DNA of 64,000 bases from an uncultured Gemmatimonadota bacterium (GTDB lineage Bacteria > SM23-81 > DAOVCL01): NCBI GenBank assembly GCA_964626665.1, contig CAZVGK010000008.1:31779-95778 (forward strand), in the 5' to 3' direction. A program made the position numbers and the translations under genes. Within the stretch, counting starts at the first letter, position 1; each line of letters begins with the position of its first letter. The notes under the pieces are model-generated. The model was not told the origin of the DNA and ran no database searches. It saw only the letters and a list, made by a program, of their open reading frames with translations. Below, piece by piece: positions 9,967-20,111 of the stretch.

Positions 9967-12133
9967 GCCAACCACCAAACTTCCCCCCTGGAAACGGGCA
10001 AAATGGCTCTACCGGATCATCTTAATCCTGATCACAGCAGCCATCATCTCCACCCTCTTTCCCCACTCCCCCCTTTACCAACCCATCGATATGCCCAAGT
10101 TAGGGGATATCTCCCGGGAGGATGTCATTGCCCCCTTCACCTTCCCCATCCTGAAGAGCGATCAGGAATTGGCCAAGGAGACCGCGGAGGTAACCACCAC
10201 CGCGCCCTTGGTCTTTGATCTCGATTCGAAGGTCACACAAGGCAAACTCAACCAATTGAAGGAATTCTTTCAAAAGGTAAGGGAACAGGCTAACCTCCAG
10301 GATAGCCTGACGGCCCTGGTGCGGGATTATCCTCTCATCTCCCCGGAGGTCAGCGAGACCCTTCTCCAAAAGGGCAAAGGGGAAAAGATCGAAAAGGAGG
10401 TCAAAGACCTCCTGGGTTATCTATTCTCTCAGGGAATTGTGGGTTCCAAAAAGGAAGCCCTGGGGGAAAAGCAAAGGTTGATAATCATCCGTAATCGGGG
10501 AGAGGAGAGGGAGATAACTCCGAAAGAGCTTTTGGATTTAAATGCGGCAAAAGAGGTGATCAAGAACAAGGCAAAGGACGATTTCTCCCAGGATGATTTC
10601 TCCGCCGCGGTAGTCGAGGAGATCTCGGGAACATTCCTTCTCCCCAACCTTGCATTTAATGGGAAGGAGACCGCAAAGAGGGTTCAGGAGGCGATAGGTA
10701 AGATATCCCCCCAGAAGGGGTTGGTCCTCAAGAATGAGAGGATATTGGGGAGCCATGAGCGGGTAACCAGCGCCCATTTGGAGAAGCTCCGCTCCTTAGC
10801 CCTTGCCAAGTCACAAAGGGAGAGGGGGTTTTTCTCCTGGAGCTTGCCACTTGCCGGCCGCTTCCTCATCATTGCCCTGGTTATTGGCTTCCTCTTCTCT
10901 TACCTCTACCTCTTTCAAAGGAGGGCGTGGGACCAATTTGAAAAGCTTGTTCTCATTGCCATCCTCCTTGGCTTCATCTCCCTCTCTACCTACATCATCT
11001 GTGGCCGATTTCACCTCAGCCCCTACCTTGTTCCCGTTGCCCTGGCCTCGATGATCTTGGCCATCAGCCTCAATGCCCAAACGGGGATAATGGGTGGGGT
11101 GACCGTGGGGCTTCTCTTGGGGGTGCAGCAAAGCTTCGACTTCTCTTCAGCACTGGTGGCCATAGTAAGTGGGGCAGTTGCCGTCTACAGTGTGCTAAAG
11201 CTGAGGCAACGACACCAGTTCTATCGGCCTATGCTCTATATTTCCGCCACCTACGTGCTAACCATATTTTTGGTGGAGACCCTCAAGTTTTCCCCCCTTC
11301 CCCACCGGATCGAGCTCTGCAGCTATGGGATTCTCAATGGGTTTCTCTCTCCCCTCCTGGCTATGGGCTTTCTCCCCATCTTCGAGAGGCTCTTCGGGAT
11401 AACCACCGACATCACCCTCCTGGAACTGTCCGATTTGAACAGGCCCATCCTGCGCAGGATGGCCATTGAAGCTCCGGGGACTTACCACCACAGCCTGGCA
11501 GTCGGCAACCTGGCCGAGGCCGCCGCCGAGGCTGTGGGGGCTAACTCCCTTCTGGCCAGGGTCAGTTCCTACTATCACGACATCGGAAAGTTGGTGAAAC
11601 CCAACTATTTCGTGGAGAATCAAACCCAGGGGAGAAAGAACCCCCACCAAAAGCTTGCCCCCACAATGAGCAGTTTGGTCCTCCTCTCCCATGTGCGGGA
11701 AGGGGTGGAGGAAGCCAAGAGAGAGGGACTTCCCAAACCGATTATTGATGTAATTCAGCAACACCACGGCACTACCACTATGGACTTTTTCTATGAAAAG
11801 GCCAAACAGATGGGGGCAGATGAGACCGTAAGGGATAAATTCCGCTACCCAGGCCCCAAGCCAGAGACCAAGGAGACAGCCATCATAATGTTGGCCGATG
11901 CGGTGGAGGCGGCCTCGCGCACCCTTACCGAAGCCACTCCCGCCCGTATCCGCGGGCTGGTCAAGAGGATCATCAATGAGAAGTTCTCCCTTGGGGAGTT
12001 GGACAATTGCGAGATCACCCTGAGAGATCTCCATTTAATAGAGGATAGTTTCGTCAGGGTTCTCACCGGTATGTTTCATCCGCGGGTGGAGTATCCTTCG
12101 CCAGCAGAGGCAAAATCAGGGGAGAAGGCCTGA
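9950..12133 (+). CDS. 7TM-HDIG membrane phosphohydrolase (PgpH/YqfF-like)
   Basis: Large extracytoplasmic domain, about 7 TM helices, APGTYHHS, YYHDIGK, QHHGT, LADAVEAASR; conserved position between phoH and ybeY. Confidence 0.88.
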   Translation: MKKASKPTTKLPPWKRAKWLYRIILILITAAIISTLFPHSPLYQPIDMPKLGDISREDVIAPFTFPILKSDQELAKETAEVTTTAPLVFDLDSKVTQGKLNQLKEFFQKVREQANLQDSLTALVRDYPLISPEVSETLLQKGKGEKIEKEVKDLLGYLFSQGIVGSKKEALGEKQRLIIIRNRGEEREITPKELLDLNAAKEVIKNKAKDDFSQDDFSAAVVEEISGTFLLPNLAFNGKETAKRVQEAIGKISPQKGLVLKNERILGSHERVTSAHLEKLRSLALAKSQRERGFFSWSLPLAGRFLIIALVIGFLFSYLYLFQRRAWDQFEKLVLIAILLGFISLSTYIICGRFHLSPYLVPVALASMILAISLNAQTGIMGGVTVGLLLGVQQSFDFSSALVAIVSGAVAVYSVLKLRQRHQFYRPMLYISATYVLTIFLVETLKFSPLPHRIELCSYGILNGFLSPLLAMGFLPIFERLFGITTDITLLELSDLNRPILRRMAIEAPGTYHHSLAVGNLAEAAAEAVGANSLLARVSSYYHDIGKLVKPNYFVENQTQGRKNPHQKLAPTMSSLVLLSHVREGVEEAKREGLPKPIIDVIQQHHGTTTMDFFYEKAKQMGADETVRDKFRYPGPKPETKETAIIMLADAVEAASRTLTEATPARIRGLVKRIINEKFSLGELDNCEITLRDLHLIEDSFVRVLTGMFHPRVEYPSPAEAKSGEKA

Positions 12134-12564
12134 TGATGGTCTGGATAGAGAATATCCACCCTGAAATGGAGATAGAGCTAAAAGGGCTAAAGGGGATAGC
12201 CCAGAAAGCCCTTCCGCCAACCAATATGGATGGCCGTATATTAAACCTCATCCTCACCGATGATGTTTATATTACCAACTTGAACTATAGGTTTACGGGG
12301 AGAAATCGTCCCACCGATGTCCTCTCCTTCCCTTTTCCTGGGGAGAGGTTACCCACAGAGGAGAAGATTTGGGGGGAGGTTTACATCTCCTTAGACCGGG
12401 CGGCGGAACAGGTCAAAGACTATAGGGTATGTCTAAAAGAAGAGGTAAAGAGATTGGTTGTCCACGGAATCCTGCACCTTTTGGGTTATGACCATCGGAC
12501 GGAAGAGGAGGCGAAGGTTATGAGGGAAAAGGAAGACCAGCTCTTACAAGGGGAACCCCAATGA
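12133..12564 (+). CDS. ybeY: rRNA maturation endoribonuclease YbeY
   Basis: PTDVLSF, HGILHLLGYDH. Confidence 0.93.
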   Translation: MMVWIENIHPEMEIELKGLKGIAQKALPPTNMDGRILNLILTDDVYITNLNYRFTGRNRPTDVLSFPFPGERLPTEEKIWGEVYISLDRAAEQVKDYRVCLKEEVKRLVVHGILHLLGYDHRTEEEAKVMREKEDQLLQGEPQ

Positions 12565-13838
12565 CAGGGATCGTCCCCTTACTCCTCTTCCTTCTCTTCC
12601 TGGTCATTTTGGCCCTGGTTAACTACTCCCTTTCCCTCTTCAGCCATCTCACGCCGGAGAGGGTAGAACGCATCTGGGGAGAGTCGAGCCGAGAGGCCAA
12701 AAGGTTGAAAGACCTTATCAATCTATCAGGGAAGCTCATCTTGGGTATGGAGGGATTGAGGCTTTTCTCCTATTCTGGGGGAATAGCTGGTTTCCTCCTC
12801 TTCCTCCTGCAGACCTTTGGCAGTTCCCCCGGGGCCTGGGTGGGGGGGGTTTTAGGTGGGTGGGCAATCCTTTACCTATTAGGATGGATGACCCCTAAGT
12901 TCATTGCCTCAGCAACGAGAGACTATCCTTCTAAGCTTGGTTATCTCTGGCTCACCTTCTTCGGAGACTTCTCTCAGGTTTTCACCTTCTCCGTCGGCCT
13001 CCCTTTTCTTAAGGCCATAAAAAGGAGGGAGGAGGGGCTCCTCTCCACCTTAGAGGAACTTCCTTCCCTCAAGGAGGAAGGGAGGGAGATCGAGGAATTG
13101 GAGGAGGAGGAGAGAGAGATGATCCAAGGGATCTTCGAGTTTGCCGATACTACCGTGAAAGAGGTTATGGTGCCTCGCATAGATGTGATCTCGGCCAACC
13201 TCGAGAACAGCGTTGAGGAGGTCTTAGAGCTAATCGTAAAATATGGCCATTCCAGGATCCCTCTATATGACAGGAAGATAGATAACATAGTGGGCATTAT
13301 CTATGCCAAGGATCTGCTCCAAAACCTCTATCAGAAAGGTAAGGACTTCCAGCTGAGGAAGGTTGCCCGCAAGGCCTATTTCGTGCCAGAGAGCAAAGGG
13401 ATTAACGAGCTTTTGCGCGAGTTCAAAAAAAAGAAGATGCATATGGCCGTAGTGGTCGATGAGTATGGGGGCACAGCAGGCTTAGTCACCCTGGAGGACC
13501 TGTTGGAGGAAATTGTCGGGGAGATCCAGGATGAATATGATAGAGAGGAGCAATTGGTTACCCCTCTGACGGAGGGAACCTTCGCCGTGGGAGCTATGGT
13601 GAGCATCGATGATCTCAATGAGCAACTGGAGATCGACCTTCCTACGGAGGATTATGAGACCTTAGGAGGGTTTCTCTACGATCTGGCGGACAGCATCCCC
13701 CAGGAGGGGACCCAACTTGCATACGAGGGGATCAAGTTTTTGATCAAGGAGGTCAAAGGCCAAAGGATCACTAAGGTTGAGTTGCAACTTCCCTCCACAA
13801 AAATTGAAAAGAAAAATCTTGACAAGGGAAATAATTAG
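12561..13838 (+). CDS. HlyC/CorC (CNNM-CBS-CorC) membrane protein
   Basis: N-terminal TM segments, EVMVPR, HSRIPLY, VVDEYGGTAGLVTLEDLLEEIVGEI. Confidence 0.88.
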   Translation: MTGIVPLLLFLLFLVILALVNYSLSLFSHLTPERVERIWGESSREAKRLKDLINLSGKLILGMEGLRLFSYSGGIAGFLLFLLQTFGSSPGAWVGGVLGGWAILYLLGWMTPKFIASATRDYPSKLGYLWLTFFGDFSQVFTFSVGLPFLKAIKRREEGLLSTLEELPSLKEEGREIEELEEEEREMIQGIFEFADTTVKEVMVPRIDVISANLENSVEEVLELIVKYGHSRIPLYDRKIDNIVGIIYAKDLLQNLYQKGKDFQLRKVARKAYFVPESKGINELLREFKKKKMHMAVVVDEYGGTAGLVTLEDLLEEIVGEIQDEYDREEQLVTPLTEGTFAVGAMVSIDDLNEQLEIDLPTEDYETLGGFLYDLADSIPQEGTQLAYEGIKFLIKEVKGQRITKVELQLPSTKIEKKNLDKGNN

Positions 13839-13847
13839 CCTTATATT
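13819..13847 (+). promoter_or_regulatory. sigma70 promoter of tRNA-fMet
   Basis: TTGACA-17bp-TATATT, 8 nt before the tRNA. Confidence 0.75.
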
Positions 13848-13855
13848 TGGATAAT

Positions 13856-13932
<77 letters not shown>

Positions 13933-13936
13933 AATT

Positions 13937-13963
13937 AGGGGCTCGGAAGAGCCCCTTTTTTTT
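13937..13963 (+). terminator. Intrinsic terminator
   Basis: AGGGGCTC-GGAA-GAGCCCCT then poly-T. Confidence 0.85.
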
Positions 13964-14126
13964 GTGCCCAGCAGTAAGATTTACATCAACTGCTCAGCAT
14001 TTCACCCTCCAAGAAGCTTCCTTCTTGGCGAAGGGAGAATTTACCTTGAACTGAGGGCTGAAATTGATTATATTTAGGGATGACCGTGGCTCATCCTAAA
14101 ATCTTTGGCAAAAACAAGAGGAGGAG

Positions 14127-16499
14127 ATGATGAAAATTTGGAAGATGCTACTCGTTTTCTTTCTGACAATATCCGTTCTCCCAGCAACCCTTTTTGGAGG
14201 TCAAAATGAGGATTTGGAGGCGGTGAGGAGGGCGATAAAGGAGAAAGGAGCCCACTGGCAGGCGGGCATCACTTCTCTTTCCAAGATGACCAGGGAGGAG
14301 GCCCGCAGGCAGTGTGGTGTTCTGGAGTTCCCTCAAGGTCCCAGAATCGGGATAAAGAAAGGGGTAACCGCGAAGATGTTTCCCGACTCCCTGGACTGGC
14401 GGAACTATAATACCTATGATTATACTACCCCCATCAGAGATCAGGATGGTTGCGGCAGTTGTTGGGCCTTTGGAGGATTGGCCACTCTGGAGGGAAGAAT
14501 AAAGATCTTGTGTGACACTCCAGATACCGATGTGGACCTCTCCGAGCAGTATCTTCTCTCCTGCAGCCCAGGTGGCTGTAACGGATGGAACATGGAGCCT
14601 TTATTCGATTTTCTGCGGAACAATGGGGTGACAGATGAAGCTTGTTTCCCCTATCAGGCGGTGGACACAATTCCCTGCTCAGATAAATGCTCGGATTGGG
14701 AATATAGGATGAAGAAGGTGAAAAGCTGGGCTTTAATTTCTCAGTCGGTTGATGCTATCAAGAGCTATCTGCAGGATGGACCATTGGCCGTTACTATGGT
14801 GGTCTATGAGGATTTCCACAATTTCTATACGGGCGGGGTTTATGAGCATACCACTGGAGAATTTCTCGGTTACCATGCCATATCAATGGTAGGGTGGAAT
14901 GATATGGATAGTTGCTGGATCTGCAAGAACAGTTGGGGCACGGATTGGGGAGAGGCAGGTGGTGCGGACACCGCAGGTTGGTTCAGGATCAAGATGGGGA
15001 AGAACGAGTGTGGCATAGAGAGTGGAGCCATCTGGTGCCAGATGGAGGATCTGGGGACACCATCACCGCCTACAGATATTTCCACCTCCTCCTTGGACCA
15101 CAGTGTGCAATTGACCTGGAGTGATCCTGTAGTGGATATATATGGATTTCCTATAACGGTTGATTCAATTAAAATCTACAGGGAGGATCCAGGCGATCTA
15201 ATAGCTACCGTTGCCGTCGGGATGAAGACCTATACCGACGTAGGGTTGTCCAATGGAACGCACCCCTATTGGTTTCAAGGGGTAACCGGAACACTGTTTG
15301 GCCATAAGGTGGAAGTCGCCGGATGGTCTGGCCCCTTTGCCCTGGAGAAGGGGAACGTCAGCCCAGGAGTGGGGACAGAATCCACCGATTTTACCTTCTC
15401 CGCTCTTTATCATTCACCTGGTAATTACCCACCGGATCAGCAGCTTATCTACCTGGATAGCCTTCCCTATCAGATGTCGACAATAGACTATGACTATACA
15501 GACGGTTCCCTCTTTACCTTCGACACAACCTTAGGGTTTGGTGTCCATAGTTATCATCTCCTCTTCTCCTCCCAGGGGGACACACTAAGGTTTCCAGAAA
15601 CCGGTGAGTTGGAAGGGCCAGCGGCGGGGCAGATTGCCTTTTCAGATGATATGGAGAATGGGGTAGGTGGTTGGAGCCATACCCACATCAGGTCTGGCTA
15701 CTTGGACGAATGGCATCTTACTACGAGACGTCAACATAGCGGCGCTCAGAGCTGGTGGTGTGGGGACGAGGATTCAGTGGCATATTGTAACGACGATGAT
15801 GCAGTCCTAATTACCCCTGAGATAGAACTTGTACCCCTCTCCTACCTCACCTTCTGGCATCGGATAGATGCTGAGGATGAGGACCAGACTATGGCCTGGG
15901 ACGGGGGAATAGTGGAGATAACCACCGATGGAGGAAACCATTGGGAAGAGGTCTCTCCCCTTGACGGATACCCGTACAAGATAGAATCTAACTGGGCCAG
16001 TCCTTTTTCTGCCAATACACCCTGCTTCTCCGGCTATTCCGATTGGTCTCTGGCCCAGTTCAAGCTTGAGGGATACAATGGAACCGCTCAATTCAGGTTC
16101 CATTTCGGATCGGATGACTATGTAACCTACGAGGGTTGGTATGTTGACGATGTCACAGTCTACACTCTCCCTGGGGTGGGAGTCGATGGGCCCACTACCC
16201 TCAGCTCCCTTCCCAAAACTTGCCAACTCTTCCAGAACTATCCCAATCCATTTAATGCAAATACAGCTATCAGCTATCAGCTATCAGGTGTCAGGCCACT
16301 CCACACCACCCTAAAGATCTACAACATCTTAGGCCAAGAGGTGAGGAAACTGGTGAATGGATACCAGAAACCTGGTTCTTACCGGATTATCTGGGACGGG
16401 CTAAATGACCAGGGTCGGACAGCAGGAAGTGGTATCTATTTCTATCGGCTGAGGGCACCGAATTATGTAAAAACAAGGAAGATGCTCCTACTGCGGTAG
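14127..16499 (+). CDS. Secreted papain-family (C1A) cysteine peptidase with FN3-like, MAM/InhA-like and FlgD-Ig/T9SS-type C-terminal domains
   Basis: Signal peptide; QDGCGSCWAF, GYHAI, KNSWG; DDME...W, DGGIVEI, GWYVDDV; QNYPNPFN...KMLLLR. Confidence 0.88.
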   Translation: MMKIWKMLLVFFLTISVLPATLFGGQNEDLEAVRRAIKEKGAHWQAGITSLSKMTREEARRQCGVLEFPQGPRIGIKKGVTAKMFPDSLDWRNYNTYDYTTPIRDQDGCGSCWAFGGLATLEGRIKILCDTPDTDVDLSEQYLLSCSPGGCNGWNMEPLFDFLRNNGVTDEACFPYQAVDTIPCSDKCSDWEYRMKKVKSWALISQSVDAIKSYLQDGPLAVTMVVYEDFHNFYTGGVYEHTTGEFLGYHAISMVGWNDMDSCWICKNSWGTDWGEAGGADTAGWFRIKMGKNECGIESGAIWCQMEDLGTPSPPTDISTSSLDHSVQLTWSDPVVDIYGFPITVDSIKIYREDPGDLIATVAVGMKTYTDVGLSNGTHPYWFQGVTGTLFGHKVEVAGWSGPFALEKGNVSPGVGTESTDFTFSALYHSPGNYPPDQQLIYLDSLPYQMSTIDYDYTDGSLFTFDTTLGFGVHSYHLLFSSQGDTLRFPETGELEGPAAGQIAFSDDMENGVGGWSHTHIRSGYLDEWHLTTRRQHSGAQSWWCGDEDSVAYCNDDDAVLITPEIELVPLSYLTFWHRIDAEDEDQTMAWDGGIVEITTDGGNHWEEVSPLDGYPYKIESNWASPFSANTPCFSGYSDWSLAQFKLEGYNGTAQFRFHFGSDDYVTYEGWYVDDVTVYTLPGVGVDGPTTLSSLPKTCQLFQNYPNPFNANTAISYQLSGVRPLHTTLKIYNILGQEVRKLVNGYQKPGSYRIIWDGLNDQGRTAGSGIYFYRLRAPNYVKTRKMLLLR

Positions 16500-16509
16500 G
16501 TTCAACTTG

Positions 16510-16538
16510 AAAGGCCGCCTTTGGGCGGCCTTTTTTTT
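16510..16538 (+). terminator. Intrinsic terminator
   Basis: AAAGGCCGCC-TTTG-GGCGGCCTTT with poly-T. Confidence 0.85.
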
Positions 16539-16584
16539 GATAGAGCTCCCCTCTCCAAAGACAAATTGAGAAGGGGTTTATAGG

Positions 16585-16860
16585 TCACAGCGCGGCAAGG
16601 CAGCAACCCAGAGGTCATCGTAGATAGTTACCCGTAGCTCGTTATCCCCGCACCGACTTGCTCTTTGTGGATGTTATCATCCCCAAAGTGTGCTGTCAGG
16701 AGTTACCTCCTGACAGCACAGGGGGGGGAACCTCAAAAATCTTATTCTACCCGACTTTAGTCGGGGTAACCTTTGCCGGGCTTTAGCCCGTATGGGGCCC
16801 CGCACTAAAGTGCGGTGAAAGTTGGCTGCTCAAGACAATAAGCCCGGGTAGGCAAAGAAA
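16585..16860 (+). repeat. Mosaic of palindromic repeats (family B left end plus hairpin modules)
   Basis: TCACAGCGCGGCAAGG; TGTGCTGTCAGGAG-TTAC-CTCCTGACAGCACA; CCGACTTTAGTCGG; CCGCACTAAAGTGCGG shared with ~48286. Confidence 0.55.
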
Positions 16861-16872
16861 CTTTTCCATATC

Positions 16873-16903
16873 ACCGCAAGTTTTCCCTTGCTTTAGGTGT
16901 CAA
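16873..16903 (+). promoter_or_regulatory. Putative ECF-sigma promoter (autoregulatory)
   Basis: ACCGCAAGTTTT-12bp-GTGTCAA, repeated upstream of the anti-sigma gene. Confidence 0.55.
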
Positions 16904-16952
16904 TTAGTTAGATTGTATCTTCGGTTGGGGGGGACATGGTCTCAGGATATCT

Positions 16953-17528
16953 ATGAACGAAAATCAACTGATCCAGAAAATCGCTGCCGGAAATCACCTC
17001 GCATTCAAAACCTTGGTTGACCACTATCAGGCTTTGGTGGTAAACACCTGTTACCACCTACTTGGGAATAGAGAAGATGCCGAGGATCTGGCTCAAGAGG
17101 TCTTTATTAAAGTGTACCAGGAAGCCAAGGGATTCCGTGGTGAATCGAAGATATCAACCTGGCTGTACCGCATTGCGGTAAACCTCTCCCTGAACTGGCG
17201 CCGCAAGCGGAAATGGGATCGATTTTTAGATGTTTTCGCCTTCTGGAAGCAGCAAGAAGAGAGGAGTGCCTATCCCCTTGAGGCAGAGGCGAAAACCAGA
17301 CCAGATAGGGTGATGGAAAGCAAGGAGAGGAACAGGATCTTAAAGAGGGCACTGGATGCCCTGCCGGAAAGGCAACGGGCGGCAATTACCTTGCACAAGT
17401 ATCAGGGACTTTCCTATCAGGAGATCGCCGAGGTATTAGGCACATCTCTGGCCGCAGTGGAATCACTGATTCATCGCGCCAAGCTTAACCTGCAGAAGAA
17501 GCTGCTCCCCCTAATAGGTCGGATTTAA
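16953..17528 (+). CDS. ECF RNA polymerase sigma factor
   Basis: DAEDLAQEVFIK, STWLYRIAVN, LPERQR...LSYQEIAEVLG...RAK. Confidence 0.95.
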   Translation: MNENQLIQKIAAGNHLAFKTLVDHYQALVVNTCYHLLGNREDAEDLAQEVFIKVYQEAKGFRGESKISTWLYRIAVNLSLNWRRKRKWDRFLDVFAFWKQQEERSAYPLEAEAKTRPDRVMESKERNRILKRALDALPERQRAAITLHKYQGLSYQEIAEVLGTSLAAVESLIHRAKLNLQKKLLPLIGRI

Positions 17529-17534
17529 AGATAA

Positions 17535-17564
17535 ACCGCAAGTTTTGACTGGCAAGAGTGTCAA
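17535..17564 (+). promoter_or_regulatory. Putative ECF-sigma promoter of the anti-sigma operon
   Basis: ACCGCAAGTTTT-11bp-GTGTCAA. Confidence 0.55.
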
Positions 17565-17588
17565 ATAAGTTGAAAGGATGAGGAGAAG

Positions 17589-18068
17589 ATGAACTGTAAA
17601 TTTGTGCGAAAAAATCTGGTGGGGATCGTTGAGGGAGAGCTCCCGTCAGAAGTACGGAAAGGGATCGAGGCCCACCTGCAATCCTGTAACAGGTGCGCAA
17701 ACCTGGTGGAACAGTTCGCACAAGTCTGGCAAGTTTGGGAGCAACCAGCGCATATCGAATCTTCATCCGCTTTTTGGACGAAATTGCAGCGGAGGATTCG
17801 AGAGTCTGAAGAGAAAAAGTCCCTTATTCTGCCAATTCTTGAGGGTTGGAATCGCTGGCTAAGACCAATTGCTGCTACGGCCACCGTGCTGATTGGAATC
17901 GTGGTTGGCTATCAGCTTGGCAGCTTATCGACTCCTCGATCTGCGCAGTCAACTCAACAAGCTAATAACGCTGTAGAGCAGTTCGTCGACGACAACCTGG
18001 GCAGCCTCTATGACTTCCCGGTTGGCTCTGTGGGGGAGTTTTATGTGAGCCTGGGGCAAAACAATTAG
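17589..18068 (+). CDS. Zinc-binding (ZAS) anti-sigma factor with one TM helix
   Basis: HLQSCNRC (HxxxCxxC); TM segment IAATATVLIGIVVGY; adjacent to ECF sigma. Confidence 0.88.
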   Translation: MNCKFVRKNLVGIVEGELPSEVRKGIEAHLQSCNRCANLVEQFAQVWQVWEQPAHIESSSAFWTKLQRRIRESEEKKSLILPILEGWNRWLRPIAATATVLIGIVVGYQLGSLSTPRSAQSTQQANNAVEQFVDDNLGSLYDFPVGSVGEFYVSLGQNN

Positions 18069-18079
18069 GAGACTTAACT

Positions 18080-18589
18080 ATGAAGAGAAAATTGCTCATC
18101 TTAGGGGTTATCATACTGGTCATTGTAAACATATCAGCTTTAATTACCATCTTCCACAATTACCGGTTGGGACCACCAAAGAGGCTCCCCGGTCCCCCTG
18201 GCTCATTCGACTCCCTCCGCCACGAGCTGGCATTGAGCGACTCTCAGATCGTCAAGTTGAGAGCGCGACGTGCCGCCTTTGAAAAGCAGATCGACGAAAT
18301 CAGGTTGATTTTGCGGAAGAAGAGGGAAGCCTTGGTGGAGGAGCTGAGATCGACAGAGCCAGACAGCGGGCGAATCGATCAACTGGTAGAGGAGATTGGG
18401 GAGTTACAGACCGAACTGGAGAAAAGGGCCATCAGGAGCATCCTCCAAGGGAAGGAGGTCCTTACCCCCGAACAAAGGGAGAAACTCCTGCGGATGTTCG
18501 AACACAGGCTCCAGGGAAGGGGAATGATCCCAGCTCATCGATGGCCGAAGGGCAAAGGCCCACAGAGGGATCCGTTTGGGCCTATGTAG
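18080..18589 (+). CDS. Spy/CpxP/ZraP-like periplasmic protein
   Basis: N-terminal TM; ELALSDSQ and VLTPEQREKL (LTxxQ-type motifs); helical. Confidence 0.75.
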   Translation: MKRKLLILGVIILVIVNISALITIFHNYRLGPPKRLPGPPGSFDSLRHELALSDSQIVKLRARRAAFEKQIDEIRLILRKKREALVEELRSTEPDSGRIDQLVEEIGELQTELEKRAIRSILQGKEVLTPEQREKLLRMFEHRLQGRGMIPAHRWPKGKGPQRDPFGPM

Positions 18590-18666
18590 GAGAGCCAACC
18601 GCAAAGGAAATCGACAGGCACCTATACAAGACCGATGGACATATATTAATGAGAGGAAAGCAACAA

Positions 18667-18909
18667 ATGGATAAAAAATCCCATCAAATCAAGGGTAATC
18701 ATATCACCACAGATGATCTGGCCTTCTCGGCATATCTAAAACTAAAGGGTCATCGCTTGATCAAATCAGATCAGAAGAAATCAAAGGCTTACTTTACCTT
18801 CGAGGTCGATGGGAACATAGATCAACTGAAGGTAGAGTTCATCAACAGCGAGTTCGTGCAGTTCTACAATGAACTGAGAAACTTAAAGAAGATGATTTCG
18901 ACAAAATAG
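18667..18909 (+). CDS. Small protein, DUF5659-like
   Basis: TDDLAFSAYL...YFTF pattern; GAGAGGA RBS before ATG 18667. Confidence 0.55.
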   Translation: MDKKSHQIKGNHITTDDLAFSAYLKLKGHRLIKSDQKKSKAYFTFEVDGNIDQLKVEFINSEFVQFYNELRNLKKMISTK

Positions 18910-18918
18910 GAGGTCAAG

Positions 18919-20031
18919 ATGAAAGCGTATCGGAGACTTATGGGGATTCTGGTTCTTTTCGCCCTTCTCATCGTCGGCCCGGCGGGCAATGTTCTGGGAC
19001 AAAACCAGAATGCCCCAGGCGATAGAGGGCATTTCAGAATGGGGCTCTGGCCCAGCCTGACACAGGAGCAGAGGCAAGCTGTGCGTTCCACGATAACGCA
19101 GATGCGGGAACAGGGCTCCTCCCGTGAGGAGATCCACGCTGCGGTTGGCGAGATGCTCAAGGCGTACGGTATCGAGGTGCCGGAGCACTGGGGGAAAGGA
19201 TTCTCCGGGGGTCCCAGGAGATTCTTTGGCCGACTTACCGATGAGCAGAGGGAAGCTGTGCAGGAGAAGGTAAAACAGATGCGGGACCAGGGTGCCTCCC
19301 CTGAGGAGATTCACGCTGCAGTAGCCCAGATGCTCAAAGGGTATGGCATCGACCTACCAGAGCACTGGGGCAAAGGTTTCCAAGGTGATCCCAGGAGATT
19401 CTTTGGCCGACTTACCGATGAGCAGAGGAAGGTCGTACGAGAAAAGATGAAGGAGATGCGGGAGCAGGGTGCTACCCGTGAGGAGATCCACGCTACGGTG
19501 GCTGAGATGCTCAAAGGCTATGGCATCGAGCTGCCGGAGCACTGGGGCAAAGGGTTCCCCGGTGGCCCGAGGGGATTTCTCTCTCAGCTCACCGCCGAGC
19601 AGAGGAAGGCAGTGCAGGAGAAGGTGAAAGGGATGCGGGACCAGGGCGCCTCCCCTGAGGAGATCCACGCTGCAGTGGCTGAGATGCTCAAAGGGTATGG
19701 GGTTGAATTACCAGAAAGTAAGGCAAGCATCTCTTCCCCAACGGAACCGCCTGAGTTACAGATTACAGCTCAAAGCTCCCCCAATCCCTTTAACCCTGAG
19801 ACCCAGATCACTTATACGCTGACTGCCCCGGGCGAGGTGCGGGTAAGGATCTACAATGTCACTGGAGAGATGGTCCGCACTTTCAATGAGGGGTATCGCG
19901 CGGCGGGTAGCTATAGTCTGCAATGGGACGGTGGTGATGCAAACGGGAATCGCGCTGCCAGCGGCATCTATTTTTATCGCATCGAAGCCGGTCCTTACTC
20001 TGCCCCGGGGCGGATGATTCTGCTCAGGTAG
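18919..20031 (+). CDS. Secreted protein with four 59-aa helical repeats (last truncated) and FlgD-Ig/T9SS-type C-terminal tail
   Basis: Signal peptide; LTxEQR...MRxQG(A/S)(S/T)xEEIHAxVxxMLKxYG(I/V)xxPE repeated at 177-bp period; PNPFNP...SGIYFY...MILLR. Confidence 0.85.
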   Translation: MKAYRRLMGILVLFALLIVGPAGNVLGQNQNAPGDRGHFRMGLWPSLTQEQRQAVRSTITQMREQGSSREEIHAAVGEMLKAYGIEVPEHWGKGFSGGPRRFFGRLTDEQREAVQEKVKQMRDQGASPEEIHAAVAQMLKGYGIDLPEHWGKGFQGDPRRFFGRLTDEQRKVVREKMKEMREQGATREEIHATVAEMLKGYGIELPEHWGKGFPGGPRGFLSQLTAEQRKAVQEKVKGMRDQGASPEEIHAAVAEMLKGYGVELPESKASISSPTEPPELQITAQSSPNPFNPETQITYTLTAPGEVRVRIYNVTGEMVRTFNEGYRAAGSYSLQWDGGDANGNRAASGIYFYRIEAGPYSAPGRMILLR

Positions 20032-20049
20032 GGCGGCAATCTGTATAAG

Positions 20050-20086
20050 GCAGGGGTGACCGGTTCTTCCGGTCATCCCTGTTTTT
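20050..20086 (+). terminator. Possible intrinsic terminator
   Basis: GCAGGGGTGACCGG-loop-CCGGTCATCCCTG TTTTT. Confidence 0.6.
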
Positions 20087-20111
20087 AACCAATTATGAAC
20101 GAGGTGAAAAA

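Noticed and set aside
11258-12034. Long antisense ORFs (this 258-aa one, also 52131-52826 and 32807-33373)
   Set aside because: Shadows of well-supported plus-strand genes with no motifs of their own
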